A stretch of 64,000 nucleotides of DNA from Takakia lepidozioides (taxonomy: Eukaryota; Plantae; Bryophyta). Position numbers and translations under genes: made by a program. Below the pieces are notes generated by a model. It was not told the origin of the DNA and ran no database searches. It was given only the letters and a program-made list of their open reading frames with translations. The stretch is taken from contig JAKLZA010000009.1 in assembly GCA_030704615.1 (NCBI GenBank), positions 62,001 through 126,000 of the forward strand. The letters are read 5' to 3'. The stretch's first letter is position 1; the number at the start of each line of letters is the position of its first letter. This document shows, in pieces, positions 24,935-36,460 of this stretch.

Positions 24935-25830
24935 GTTCAACCTGTGCATGCTTTCATTGTTGTTTCAATATCAAGAGTCGATGTTCTTCAGGCAAAGTGC
25001 ACATGGGAGACATCCTCTTTGTTGGACTTGTGCATTGCATCATTGTGTTAAAAATGGGGTTTTGTGGACATGTGCAGGAGTCCGCGTGCTTCCACTTGCC
25101 CTCCAGGGCTATCACACCTATTTGGACTTGTTTGCAGTCCTCCTCGGTCTTGCGTGCTACCTGTCTATGCGGAGGCACTCGCAGCAAGCATGTCCGTTCA
25201 TGGCACTCCGAGTCCATCTTACGACGGCCTTCGTAGAACACGTGGTGTTGGGGCCAGAATCTTTGTAGATGACATAGCACAGGAGGTGGACACTGATTGT
25301 GATGACTGCGACACTTGATATGAAGTTTTCTTTTGGTTTAATTCTGGGCCAAATTTGAAATGGGATGGTTGTGTGTCCTTGTTGTCCTGTTTGCAATGTG
25401 TGCGTGGAATTCACATTCATGGTTACAAACTATTGTTGGAGATGGGGGTTGCATGGACTGCCTGGATTGTTCCTTCAATCTATTTGATGTTTTGTGGACC
25501 TCACAGACTGGAGTACATTGCGAAAACAAACAAACCACTTTGGTTCGTGTAGAGCATTCTCGCATCATTTGCTAGTTGGTCCCCAAACTATTCCTGCTAG
25601 AAGAATGGTTGGTGAATCCATCACGGTGAAGTCCACCTCATCAAAAACTGTTCAGGCATTCTCAATTCTATCCACATCAACCCGCGGAAATAGGTGACAC
25701 CACTCGGAAATAGGCGACATCCGCGGAAATAGGCACTGTTTGCATGTTGACGTGGCATGAGCCTGTGCTAGGCTCACGCTTTCCTGGGCTCACAGGCTCA
25801 CGCCTCCGGGCTCACGGAATAGCACCCCCC

Positions 25831-28400
25831 CCCTTCGTTACTAATCACGTGTTGTGAGTTTCTTTTCTTTCTTCACCAAGTGAAGAACCACATGTGCAGG
25901 AATGGGAACAATGGGATGGCTAATATAGTCTCACTCTTGTTCAATGCAACTGTTGATCATCATTTGTCTTTTATCACAGAATATATCTGTGTCTGCTCAA
26001 GCATATCTCGAGAAAAAATAAATGCTTGTTGTATCAAGCATTCTGCAGTATACTGATGCTCCCTGCATGGAGCACTGCGACTTCCCGCACGGGGATTCTA
26101 ACCTTAAACCTTTTGTCATTTTCACCTTACCCCGCTACAGCATTCCTCGTAGAGAGAAAAAAGTCAGAAGCAGTGAGGGGGTAAAAGGTGAGTTGTAGAG
26201 CAGTGGTTGCTGCTCCCCTCACATGAGTGAAGGGTGTCCGGCGCAGGAAAACCCGAAAGGGCCTGTGACCTCTGTCAGTAGTTAGGAATGAATTATACAT
26301 GTTCCAGAGTATGGTCATCTGAGGTGCAGAAATGATCCAATCGTTTCCAAGGTCAATAATTTCATCATGAGCTCTGCAAAATCCATGAGAGGTCCCTGCG
26401 AGCCATGAGGGTAGTTAGGATCTTAGATTCTATTTCATGGGTAGGGTCCTCGGGTATCCAATCTTTTATGTTGACATGGGAGCCACTGATTAAGACTCCC
26501 AAAAGCATCATGTTTAGGAGCATTTGACCTTTCCAGATTCGAGTCGAAGTCGTAGTTCACATTGAGCAATTTACAATGAGCTTTGCAAATCCAGGAGAGG
26601 TCCCTGCAAGCCATGTCAAAGTAGTGTAGAACCAAAGTCCTTCCAAGGCTATTTTAGATTAGAATCATCAATTTGCACCGCGCATATCTCTCTTACATCA
26701 TCTAGGGGATTCAAATCCAGTCCGGTGGGGGAGAGTGGCGGTTTTGAAGTATTTTTTATCTTGGAACTCCACCTCTCCCCGAAGAGGGCAAGTTGAGTGG
26801 TTTTGAAACATTTATTGGCTTTTGTTTTTATTTTCCCTCCTCTCTCCCGGAAGACTTGAACTCTCTCCGAAGAGGGAGAGCCTAAGGGAAATTATTCTTC
26901 ATCTTTTTCATGTCACTCAAGTGAGTCGTTGACTCCAAGGGATATCACGGATACCCTAGTAGGGGGATTTTACGAACCAAAGATCCTGGATTCTCTTACA
27001 GTCGGGACGAGTGTTCCCCATTGGTCGCCATATATGTAGATGCATATATTGGTACAACTTTCTTTTCACATCGTTTTTTATCATAAGACAAGCGGTTTCG
27101 GCATTGTACTCCCAAAAACAGGATAGTTTGTTAATTATCTGGAAATTGTTGGTAAAGCACGTAGGAAATTAGACAGTGTCTGCGATGACCATGGAGAGGA
27201 GCTTTGGCGTCAAGATGACCGTAGGAAGCTGCATCGGCAGCAGATTAGGCTGCCAACTTGGTACTAGTAACGACAAGGTAATCATGTTCAAACAATACAG
27301 GACGACTGTGCCAGTCCCAAATTGCGATCTCTATGTTCTCCCGCCTTTCAAGTCTAGTAGGAACACACGGCGAGGAGCTTGGCAATTGGAAGAAACAACA
27401 TGTACAGCGATGAAATATCGCAACAAAGCGAAAGGCTGCATCGGAACGATAGCAAGTTAGGACGTCTTCAAATGACGAAGCGGGGACTTGTTAGTGGTGC
27501 GGGACAACTGGAGGGGACTCCGGACAACCTATGACTCAGTGGCAGGGTCAAAGACCCCGGAGCCACCACCAGGGATTTGATTTCCAAAAGACAACAAAAT
27601 CTTTATGTAGCGAAATTACGACGAATGGCGAAAGGAGCAATTTTTTACCACCGATGGACCTTAGAATTTATGCACTGATACGGGGTACATAATTATAGTT
27701 TTTCACCAAGTTTGGTGATTTATAAAGTAGATTAGCAATGGCACCAAATTATCGAGTCAACGACACTCACGGGAGCCGATTATTTGAGTTTTTACTCCAT
27801 GGATGGATGAAAAATCCTAAATTCGTCCTGAGGAGCTGGATGGATGAAATGACAACTCGCGCCAACTGATCATCCATAAGGATGGATGAAAATCCAGCTT
27901 TCATTTGCCTCTAAGACTTTTTCATCCATGTTAAATATTGTACTATAGATCCTTCAAGGATACAATAGTTTAATGAATATTTCTAATTATTTTATTAGGC
28001 TCAAAAACAGTGTAAAAGAAGATCAAGGCTCTCTTTGCTCTTCACCTAGTTCCATTGCATAGTTTTTCTCTTGCTTCATGTGTTGTTGCTTTGCTAGAAT
28101 TGCTTGAGGAGGCCTAGGTCCTAGGGAGTGGAGCTTGAAGCTCCCTAGTGTAGGAGAATTGTTAGAGGACTAAGGCAAGAAGCCTAGTTCATTGTGGCCT
28201 TGAGGCCTTGTTGAATTTGAGCAAGAAGGACGTGCAATTCCGTGTGGAGAGGGAGACCTGGAGACAAGTAGGAAAGGCCGGTTGGACCTAGTGACGAGTA
28301 CCGCACGAGGACCACATAGAGTACCATTCACGAGTCGTTAGAGCATCACAGGCACCGTGCACATCGGAAGGTTGACACATTTCCTTACCTGTCATTTATA
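25831..28400 (-). mobile_element. Decayed LTR retrotransposon remnant (5' LTR ~27035-28400, PBS, degenerate internal region)
   Basis: Minus strand ...TCTACA-TATA-TGGCGACCAATGGGGAA resembles the LTR end + PBS at 52917; GGATGAAA repeats like those at 46340-46400; boundaries uncertain. Confidence 0.45.
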
Positions 28401-30649
28401 CACTTGAAGTGTGATTTCTTTTCCAAGCCATGACTTGAAGTTTGAAAATAGATTGACAAAATAGCCCTCTTGAAGAGGTGATGTTCACTATGAGTTTGCT
28501 ATGATTTAAGTTCATATTTGATGTGGGAAAACCCCAGGACATGATTTGCCAAAAGGCTTTGGCACCATTGGAAGTGGAAAGAAGCATTGGGTACTTGTTT
28601 ATTTCTATTATTGATGAAGAGGAGTTGATATATAGCTTTGAGAAGCTCTAACCAGAAGCTAGACTACCTACTGAAAGGCCTAGGAAGGCCCTGATAACCT
28701 TCTCTAGTTACCCCACTAAGGGACCTTGAATACAAGGAAGGGGGGGAAGGATTTGTATTTTTTTGGGCCCTGGTTTTTTGGAGTGTAGGAGCTACCCACG
28801 GGTTGCCAGCAGTGCGGGAAAGCCCTGACTGGTACGCCCGGGAGCCAGGGACCGAACAAAGGAAATGCGGGAAGCAGCAGCCGCGACCCCACGCCTCGGC
28901 GCTGAGAAGGCGAGGCGCTGACCCTAGTCGTATGTGCACAAAAGGACGGCCTGCGTGACCAGCACGTGGGGCGAAAACAACCGTGTGCCAAATATGAGTT
29001 ATTAACCGCTAGGTAAAGCTCCGGCCTGCGGACCGGCGGTCGTCGCCTTTATCCGCAGCGGTCCGCGCTATTGTCCGTCCGCGAGGCCCTGCCCCCGCCA
29101 CGTGGCGGGGGCTTCTTTGACCTGCGGTTACAGCGGATGGCATTTGTTTAAGGGGGGTATTCCGGACCCTCAACTATTTCTTTTCCTATTGACCCCTCTA
29201 AAAGGGAATGGGGACGAGCCCTAGTCGCGCGCGGCCAGGGTGACGGCATACTAGCCTAGGGGGTTGTGGCAAGTTGCGGTGTTTGTTGGGCTCAACGAAC
29301 CGCCTACCCGGCTGTGGTAAGTGCAGGGGTCCGTGGCAGCTATGGACAGATCTAAACAGTCTAACTTCCTACCGACAAAGCAAAGCTTAACAACTCCACT
29401 TTATAGGGCGATTTGCGTTTCCTAGTCCTACGTTTTGTTTATGGGTTTTCTACGTCTTTAATCGTAATTGCCTTCCAAGTCTTTGTTTATTACTACTTCC
29501 TCCATGCCTGGACTCCCAACACGCTTATAGCTGGGACGAACCTTCAAATCCCTTCACAAAACAAATCCCGAGCCCAGGGAGACGGGGATCATCTATCTCT
29601 TGCCCAATGCCCCCCCTGAATCCCGAGGTGGATTAGTGTCCTACCTCCTAGGAAGGGACCGAATCCGCTTTCCCAAGTCAGTCTCTCCTGCTTAGAGCGA
29701 TCCAAAATTCAACCTCAATGGTCAGTCCATCGAGTGAATGATAACAATTCAAACCTCTAAGTAATTCCCTTATTTTTTTTCCATTTTTTTTTTGTCCAGT
29801 TTTTTGCATGGATGTAGTGGTGCAAAGCCCGATGTCACAGAATAAAATAGAGCTAAAAATAAAATAATTACGCCCCTCAAAACTGCAATCATATATTTTC
29901 TAAGATCTAATAAAACAATGGCCGTTCCTTGGCCCAAGGCCCCCCAAGCGGCCGGGTACTTGACTTCAAATATCCTCGGCGGAAGGGGGCGATACCGCCC
30001 TTGAAACTTTCGTTTTTAAGTTAAGGGGGTCCCTATAAAATCCCTTAATAAAGGCAAATTACCCTGCTAAATAATAAAGAACAAATCATTAAAATATTCC
30101 TACAAATGCATGAAATTCGTAGAAATAGATTATGATCGTAGGATGTTGGAACTAACTAAATTACCCTCAAGGTACCAGGGGAACGCCCTTTATGTCGGGA
30201 GCATTGAGGAACCGCTCTCCACTTGGGAGCGCCCCTAGATTCCTATACCAAACCAATCAACAACACATTAGCAACTTAAACCATCACCGAGCCAGGATGA
30301 ATGAAATCTGCCGCCATCAGTTTCTCATCTGCTCGCCACCCTGGTGTGTAAACAATGATTAAACATTCAGTGGGTCCCAGGGTCCATTCCTTGCGCCTCT
30401 TCCACCTACTTCCAATATAATTGGATTAATTTATGCAGGCAACCAGCCTAGAACGAAGTTGAAACATGTCATCTTCTACCTTGTGAAACCCCCACCAGGG
30501 ATTCTCTCCTCCCTGTCTCTGGGCTCTCTCTCTCTCTGCTTGTGGCATCCACCTATGAGCCGTGCTTTCACAAAACCCGGAATACATATCAAACTAATGG
30601 CCTCATTGGGGCCTATCCAATGGTTCCAACCATTTCTTATCCTTTGCTA

Positions 30650-32203
30650 AAACACGCCCTCATTCCCATGCAAGAAGAACACCATGAATAGTGCACAAGA
30701 AGTTCTGCAGGCACGACATTATGACTTGCGTGTATGGAAAGCCCAAGTACGGCATACAGACAATGCCAGAGGCTCCCCCGGTGTGGCCGGTGGAACCAGG
30801 CTGCGATCTGAGTCAGGTTGAGGCCGACGCCCTTACCGCCGCAGGATTTCGGATGGTGCAGCGCACTGACGTCCCCAGACAACCATTTCCGCTTCCACAG
30901 CCTCCACCACCGACCCCTGTGAGAGCAAGAACAATGGGACACGACAGCTCTAAGCATCCTACACACCGTTGGGGGAAACCGAAGAGGCGGCGACCTCCCT
31001 CAAAAGTGAACGAGACAAGGATGGGGAATGCACTTCGGATGAACTGTACAATCCAGAGCTCGACAGAAGTGCCCCCACCAGGATTCGGGCGTGTGTATCA
31101 GATGGCCACGGCGGGCTCAGCTGTTCGCAATGAGGTGTACACCATCACCATTTCAGAATTACCCACCTGCAATTGCACCGACTTCCAGATCATGGCGAAC
31201 AAGGGGGCATCATACTGCCCTTGCAAGCATTTGTACTACGTGTACCTAAAGAGACTCCGTTGTAATTCCACAACTCATCACTTCATACATGCACCAGGGT
31301 TGAGCCCCCAGGAGGTTCACACTCTTCTGAATATGGATCCAGGGGACCAGTGAGCTTGGCTTGCGGTCCACATACAATGGTACGCCCATCCTTTTCGGAT
31401 AGTAGAACTGTACTGCTGCCAGTACCTCAGACTCTGGCCACACAAAGGTCCGACATATGTCTTGCCTACCAGTAACATGTTTTGATCGAACTAAGATATT
31501 ACTATATCGTTCACTTGTTTCCACGTGCATGTATTTTTGTATGTTGGAGGGTTCATGTTTTTCTGCTTTCCGAAAACTTGCTCTCCTCATTCGACCTCCG
31601 ACAAGGAAATGCGGCGCCGAATTTCCAAGTATCGTCGTAGGTACCCCCAGAGGCGGCCTTCGCCAACACCAAACCGCTCCGAAATTTCGCACGTGCGAAC
31701 CCTAATGCGGCACCCTATTTCCCAGTTCAGTTGCAAACCTTTCCCGCCGAATACCCGAAGAAGACAGAATTGTGAAGTACTGCAGACTGTATTGGTGCAG
31801 ACTCCATTGGTTCAATCGCGGCAAAAGGGTCAGCTTCATTCCAATGTTAAGGCATGTAAAACCGCGGAATACTCTATACAGGCCAGTATGCGACGTCCTT
31901 TTGCAGTGGTATACTGGATTTCCCGTTGCACGGTCACTTATTTCCATGAGCGGATCTATAAAACCATGAGCGGACTTGTTACTGACGACATATCTTCGCC
32001 GCATTACATGATCTGGAACGTCCAAAACGGCAAGGTCAAATAAAAAACTATTATTTTAATACTTGTTTAATCTGCCGCATTTCCAAATTTGGAGGAGTCC
32101 GCTCATGAAATCCGCGTATCTTAGACTTCGGCTCACCGCTCATGTGGCTCATGCGGCTCATGGCTCATGGCTCATGGTTTCTGCTCATGAAATAGTAAAC
32201 CTC
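30650..32203 (+). mobile_element. MULE-like element C, 3' end (SWIM exon, palindrome copy, terminus at 32203)
   Basis: Ends GCTCAT-repeats + GAAATAGTAAACCTC, matching the terminus at 63758; GGAAATGCGGCGCCGAATTTCC at ~31606. Confidence 0.75.
30691..31353 (+). CDS. C-terminal part of MULE transposase with SWIM zinc finger
   Basis: YTITISELPTCNCTDF...YCPCKHLYYV = CxC..CxH SWIM; the N-terminal part follows on from PPVMQYG...WRIART..RCSAI seen at ~42900-43010. Confidence 0.8.
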   Translation: MHKKFCRHDIMTCVYGKPKYGIQTMPEAPPVWPVEPGCDLSQVEADALTAAGFRMVQRTDVPRQPFPLPQPPPPTPVRARTMGHDSSKHPTHRWGKPKRRRPPSKVNETRMGNALRMNCTIQSSTEVPPPGFGRVYQMATAGSAVRNEVYTITISELPTCNCTDFQIMANKGASYCPCKHLYYVYLKRLRCNSTTHHFIHAPGLSPQEVHTLLNMDPGDQ

Positions 32204-34760
32204 CCTGGCCCCACCACACCACCTCTCCACCCTCCATTCATCCCTCAACCTGCTGCAATCCCAAACCGGAGCCATACACAAAATCTTAGGTGACCATCTG
32301 GCCACCATATCCGCTCCCGTCCCCGATCCCACGGACACCATCCACAAATTCCCCTTCCTCTCCAAAGAGATACTTGAAGCCACACTCAGGGCCATTACCC
32401 CTCTCCCAGGGTTCTCTCTGCCGCCAATAACGGTGCCACCCCTTCCTACGCCCACCCCACCAGATGCCACCGACCAGGTGCCCAACAGCTGCACCAACTC
32501 CTTTATCACCTCATGGAATGTTGGCTCTCTTGCCACAAGTATACAAAGTCTTATCCACCTCATCACTATCTCCGCTCCCCACATCATACTCCTACAAGAA
32601 ACCAAACTCCACACGAACAATACCAATAGCTCCTACATAAACAAACTCCTCCCGGACTACTACCTGTTATACAACAACCCACCCACTGCTTCACAATGCC
32701 TCCTCCGACGCTCTACTCCCTACAAACCCACCAGGGGTGGGGTTGCATTCGGCATCGGACGCTCACATCACTCACCTAGCTCCACCACTAAATTTCCTAT
32801 ACCCATTCATCTCCGTTCCCACCTCCAAATTATATAGCTGCACCCATCGGCACTCCTACCTATCTTCCTCATTCACATGTACATGCCATCCCATGCAGAC
32901 GACTTATCATTCATCCCTGAGATTCTAACCACCATATCCGCTATAATTATTGATACCAACCATCAACAACACCATATCATATTAGCAGGGGATTTCAATA
33001 GGGACATTGCACGTCTAAGACATACCTTCAATGGCATACACAAACCCCCCTCCCAAGCTGATCACCATGAATGGGCAAGGTTCACGTCACAACATCTCCT
33101 TAAATACATCCCATCGGACCATCATTACTCCAGGCAAGGAGGCCTCAATTACTCCTCACTAAGCCTCATAGACGGATTCCACATCCGAACTAGCGAGGCC
33201 ATCCCCTCATATCTTATGAGCCACGTACACAGTGATAGTTTATGCAATTCAGACCACTAACCTCTCTCCCTCTCCCTCCCCCCCTCGCTTATCCCCTTCC
33301 GTCCCATCCCGGAGTTACACTTACCCCCTCCTCAACCACATCTCCTCTCGCCTCTACCCCAACGCAATATTGCGGCCTTCAACTCTCACTTCCATCCAAC
33401 CGCAAATGCCTTAATACAACAATTTTCATGCACTCTATCCAAGTTGAACCTCTCCCAAAACCCAAAAACCATCTGGCTTGAGGCCTAACGCTCTCTCACA
33501 TCCATCTTACAATTAGCCACAACCAGTGTCCTAGCCACCAGTACAGCCCCCCCAGAAATTCCCTAAACCACCCGCTCAACACAGAACGGCGGCTACCTCT
33601 CACGTACCCAAAAGAGGGAATGGACCTCCCACCTTAACACATACCATACCATATGTCGTGCCCTAGCTATTATCCCCAACTCACCCACCTCCTACCCCCT
33701 CAACAACTGGATCAACGATCGTCGTATATCGTGCTTACACTCCATCCCCACCTGCCAACCACTCCTACCTCCACCTACGAACCCCTTGGCCCTCCCGCAA
33801 TGGATCGCCACCCTTGCCAAAGTCGGTAGGGATGCCAAAAAAGCTACATACACTATCACTAAGCAAAAAACCGTTGCCAACCATAAGCAGTTTATTGCTT
33901 CATTTGGGAAACTCCTACATGACCACCCCAAACGCGCTCATAAAGCCATATTGAATCCTGCCCTTAACCCCCCTATTGACTGTCTCAAGCACCGATTAGG
34001 ACACCTCATAACCAAGCCCGAGGATATAAAGAATGAAATCTGGGCACAAGCCTCCGCTTCCTACACCCCTATAGTCAACAACTGCCTGCACCCCAGTAAA
34101 CACACCACTAACTGCCTATGCGCACTCAAACACTACCCTTGGCATGATCTTGATGGCTTCTCCCTTGATAAAAGAGGCTCCCCCAAAGACAATATCCTAA
34201 CCTACTTTACCAAGGCTCTCTATGACTCATGCCTCATAAACCTCTCCAAAGCCAAAGCCCCTGGCCCAGATCTCATCCCTAATGCTATACTTCAATCACT
34301 TGACCCCCATTTTCACTCCCTAGTATTCAAATTTTTTCAACTCTGCTATCGCCTCCACCATATCCCCCCGTCATGGAAACACAGTCGCACCATCCTCCTA
34401 TACTAAAAAAGGAGACCCCACTGATATCGGTAACTACCGTCCCATAGCCTTAGCCAACACCATCTACAAACTCTTCACCAGCACGTTAACTGCGATGCTC
34501 TCCAGCTATGGAGAACACCACCATATTCTTAGCGACCCATAGGAAGGCTTCCGCGCCACTCAAAGCACCACTCCCCAAATACAATATGTGTTATCTGCAC
34601 TTGAAGACGCCAAACTCACTAAACAAGATATCTACCTCCTATACATTGATTTTAAAAATGCCTTCAGATCCCTCGACCATGCTCGTCTCCTCGCCATTAT
34701 GACGGATCTAGGATACCCAACCGATGCCATTCAACTCATTGGCAACATCTACACAGGCAA
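32204..34760 (+). pseudogene. Decayed non-LTR retrotransposon (LINE) ORF2: APE endonuclease + N-terminal RT, truncated at both ends
   Basis: SWNVGSL, LLQETK, LAGDFN, IDGF, SDH endonuclease motifs; KAPGPDLIPN, KGDPTDIGNYRPIAL, YIDFKNAF RT motifs; stops and frameshifts. Confidence 0.92.
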
Positions 34761-35849
34761 ATCCAAGGTGGGAGCGCGTTTCCACGCAAGGCACATGGAA
34801 CGGTGCTCCTCTCTGAAATCTGGCGCCACGAGCCTGGTTGTGTACTGCGAAAGGCTCTGCAGAAAATGGAACCCACAAGATCTCTCCTTGCCTTCCATGG
34901 GAACATTGGGGTCTTGCCTGTACACCCTTCGGATGGCAGCCCAATTTGCTTGTGTGTTATCTGCCATGAAACCACGGAAATTGGGAGGGGGCAATCCCGC
35001 CTTGGCCATCTGTTCGTTTATTCCCTGCCAAAGAAGCATCTCCGATTGTGTGTCCTCTCCTTTCATCTCACAAATAGCAATTGTCATTAGCATCCTGCAG
35101 TGGGTGACGTAGACATGTGCACCCATTGTCACCCACTGGTGATTTGTAATTCGCTTGATATGGTCGAACATGACCCAACTGTTTGACAAGTCCCACTCGT
35201 CATCCTGTCGACCAGTTCGACGCCGCTGCCAGGTCCACACGTGGACATTTTGAATACGAAACAACGATCTGCCTCAGTCCCTTGTCCTGGAAACCTACTT
35301 CCATGAATGTAGTCATATCCACATCGTCGCTTCACCTCCACAATAGAGTGCATATCCGAGCCACGCCCAATTTTCTGTTTGCATGAGACAATGTGGTTTC
35401 GGACATTCGGTGAACATACGTGGGACACCGACTCCAGCAATGCCTCCATTTCCTTCTCGTCGAGAGGAACTCTATCGGAGCCGTCTTCCGACATAATTCT
35501 GGCCAATGCCATCTTATGGGCAGCTTGGAGCTGTATCTGTTTGGGTTTGGCACCCGGTCTCAACTTAACCTCCTCCTGAACGAGCTGCTCTGCTTCGTGG
35601 GCAGCCTCCCGCGAGTTCCCCCTCGCCAATTTGTGACAATGGGAACCAACGTGTATGCAAGCTCGGGTGAGGTCAGGGAAACGGTGCAACACATAGAACT
35701 GTTTGGCATTACAAACAGACATGCAGTGTGGTGGTTCTTTGCAATGCGCACACTTAAATGTGGAGTTCGGAACCTTCTCCTGAGCTCAAAATGGTTGATG
35801 AGCTGTGCCTGTCCAATCGGTCTCGTTCCTGTGACCTCTGGATTTAAAG
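34761..35849 (-). pseudogene. MULE DDE transposase fragment
   Basis: WVMFDHIKR..FMADNTQANWAAIRRVY..CGFHF (D..D..CxxH MULE core); near-identical to 40110-40910 in reverse. Confidence 0.85.
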
Positions 35850-36289
35850 GGGGGCTGCTATTTCATGAGCGGCATGAGCATGAGCGGAAAAAAAAAAAAG
35901 CATGAGCAGACCATTGTGAGTCCACGGAAATAGGGTTAGGAGGCACGGAAATAGGGTCATGTGAAGTTGGAATGTGGCACCAGTGGACTTGAAATGCAAC
36001 ATTTTATTGCAAATTTTGTGGCAAGCCACGTCTATACAAGTGTGTTCTAACTGTCATAGCCGGAATGGCACTACTCTCCTACACCCTCCGAGGAACTTGC
36101 CCCACCTTCTTCCTCATCCCCCTCATCCCCCTCATCCCCCTCATCCTCCGAGCTTTGTGATGCATCAGTTCCACTATGGCTCTCAAAAATCCCGTCCTCT
36201 TGGGGGACTGTCCACCTCACCTCCTGGGAATCTTCTGCATCTTCTCCCCCATCTTCTCCCCCAAATTTTGCGCGCCGTCCTACCTGGCG

Positions 36290-36421
36290 GATGGAAATCC
36301 GGCGTCGGATTTCCATCCATCCGCTCTTCGAATTACCTGCATGACTGGAAAAATGGCGCCGAATTTCCGATTTTGGTGCCAGCCATCCAGATCAGACTGA
36401 GCCCCAAACTAAAAAAATGAC

Positions 36422-36460
<39 letters not shown>

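Larger units (their letters stand above)
16249..25830. mobile_element. MULE-like element A: 5' part of transposase (-), ParB-methyltransferase cargo gene (+), palindrome array, terminus at 25830
   Basis: Terminus GCTCAC-repeats + GGAATAGCACCCCCC is homologous to the other four termini; subterminal CGGAAATAGG repeats are shared with 35920-35956; no recognisable junction between transposase and terminus. Confidence 0.7.

Noticed and set aside
28400-30650. GC-rich then AT-rich non-coding stretch, probably fragments of further repeats
   Set aside because: No termini, ORF motifs or RNA structure that I could support
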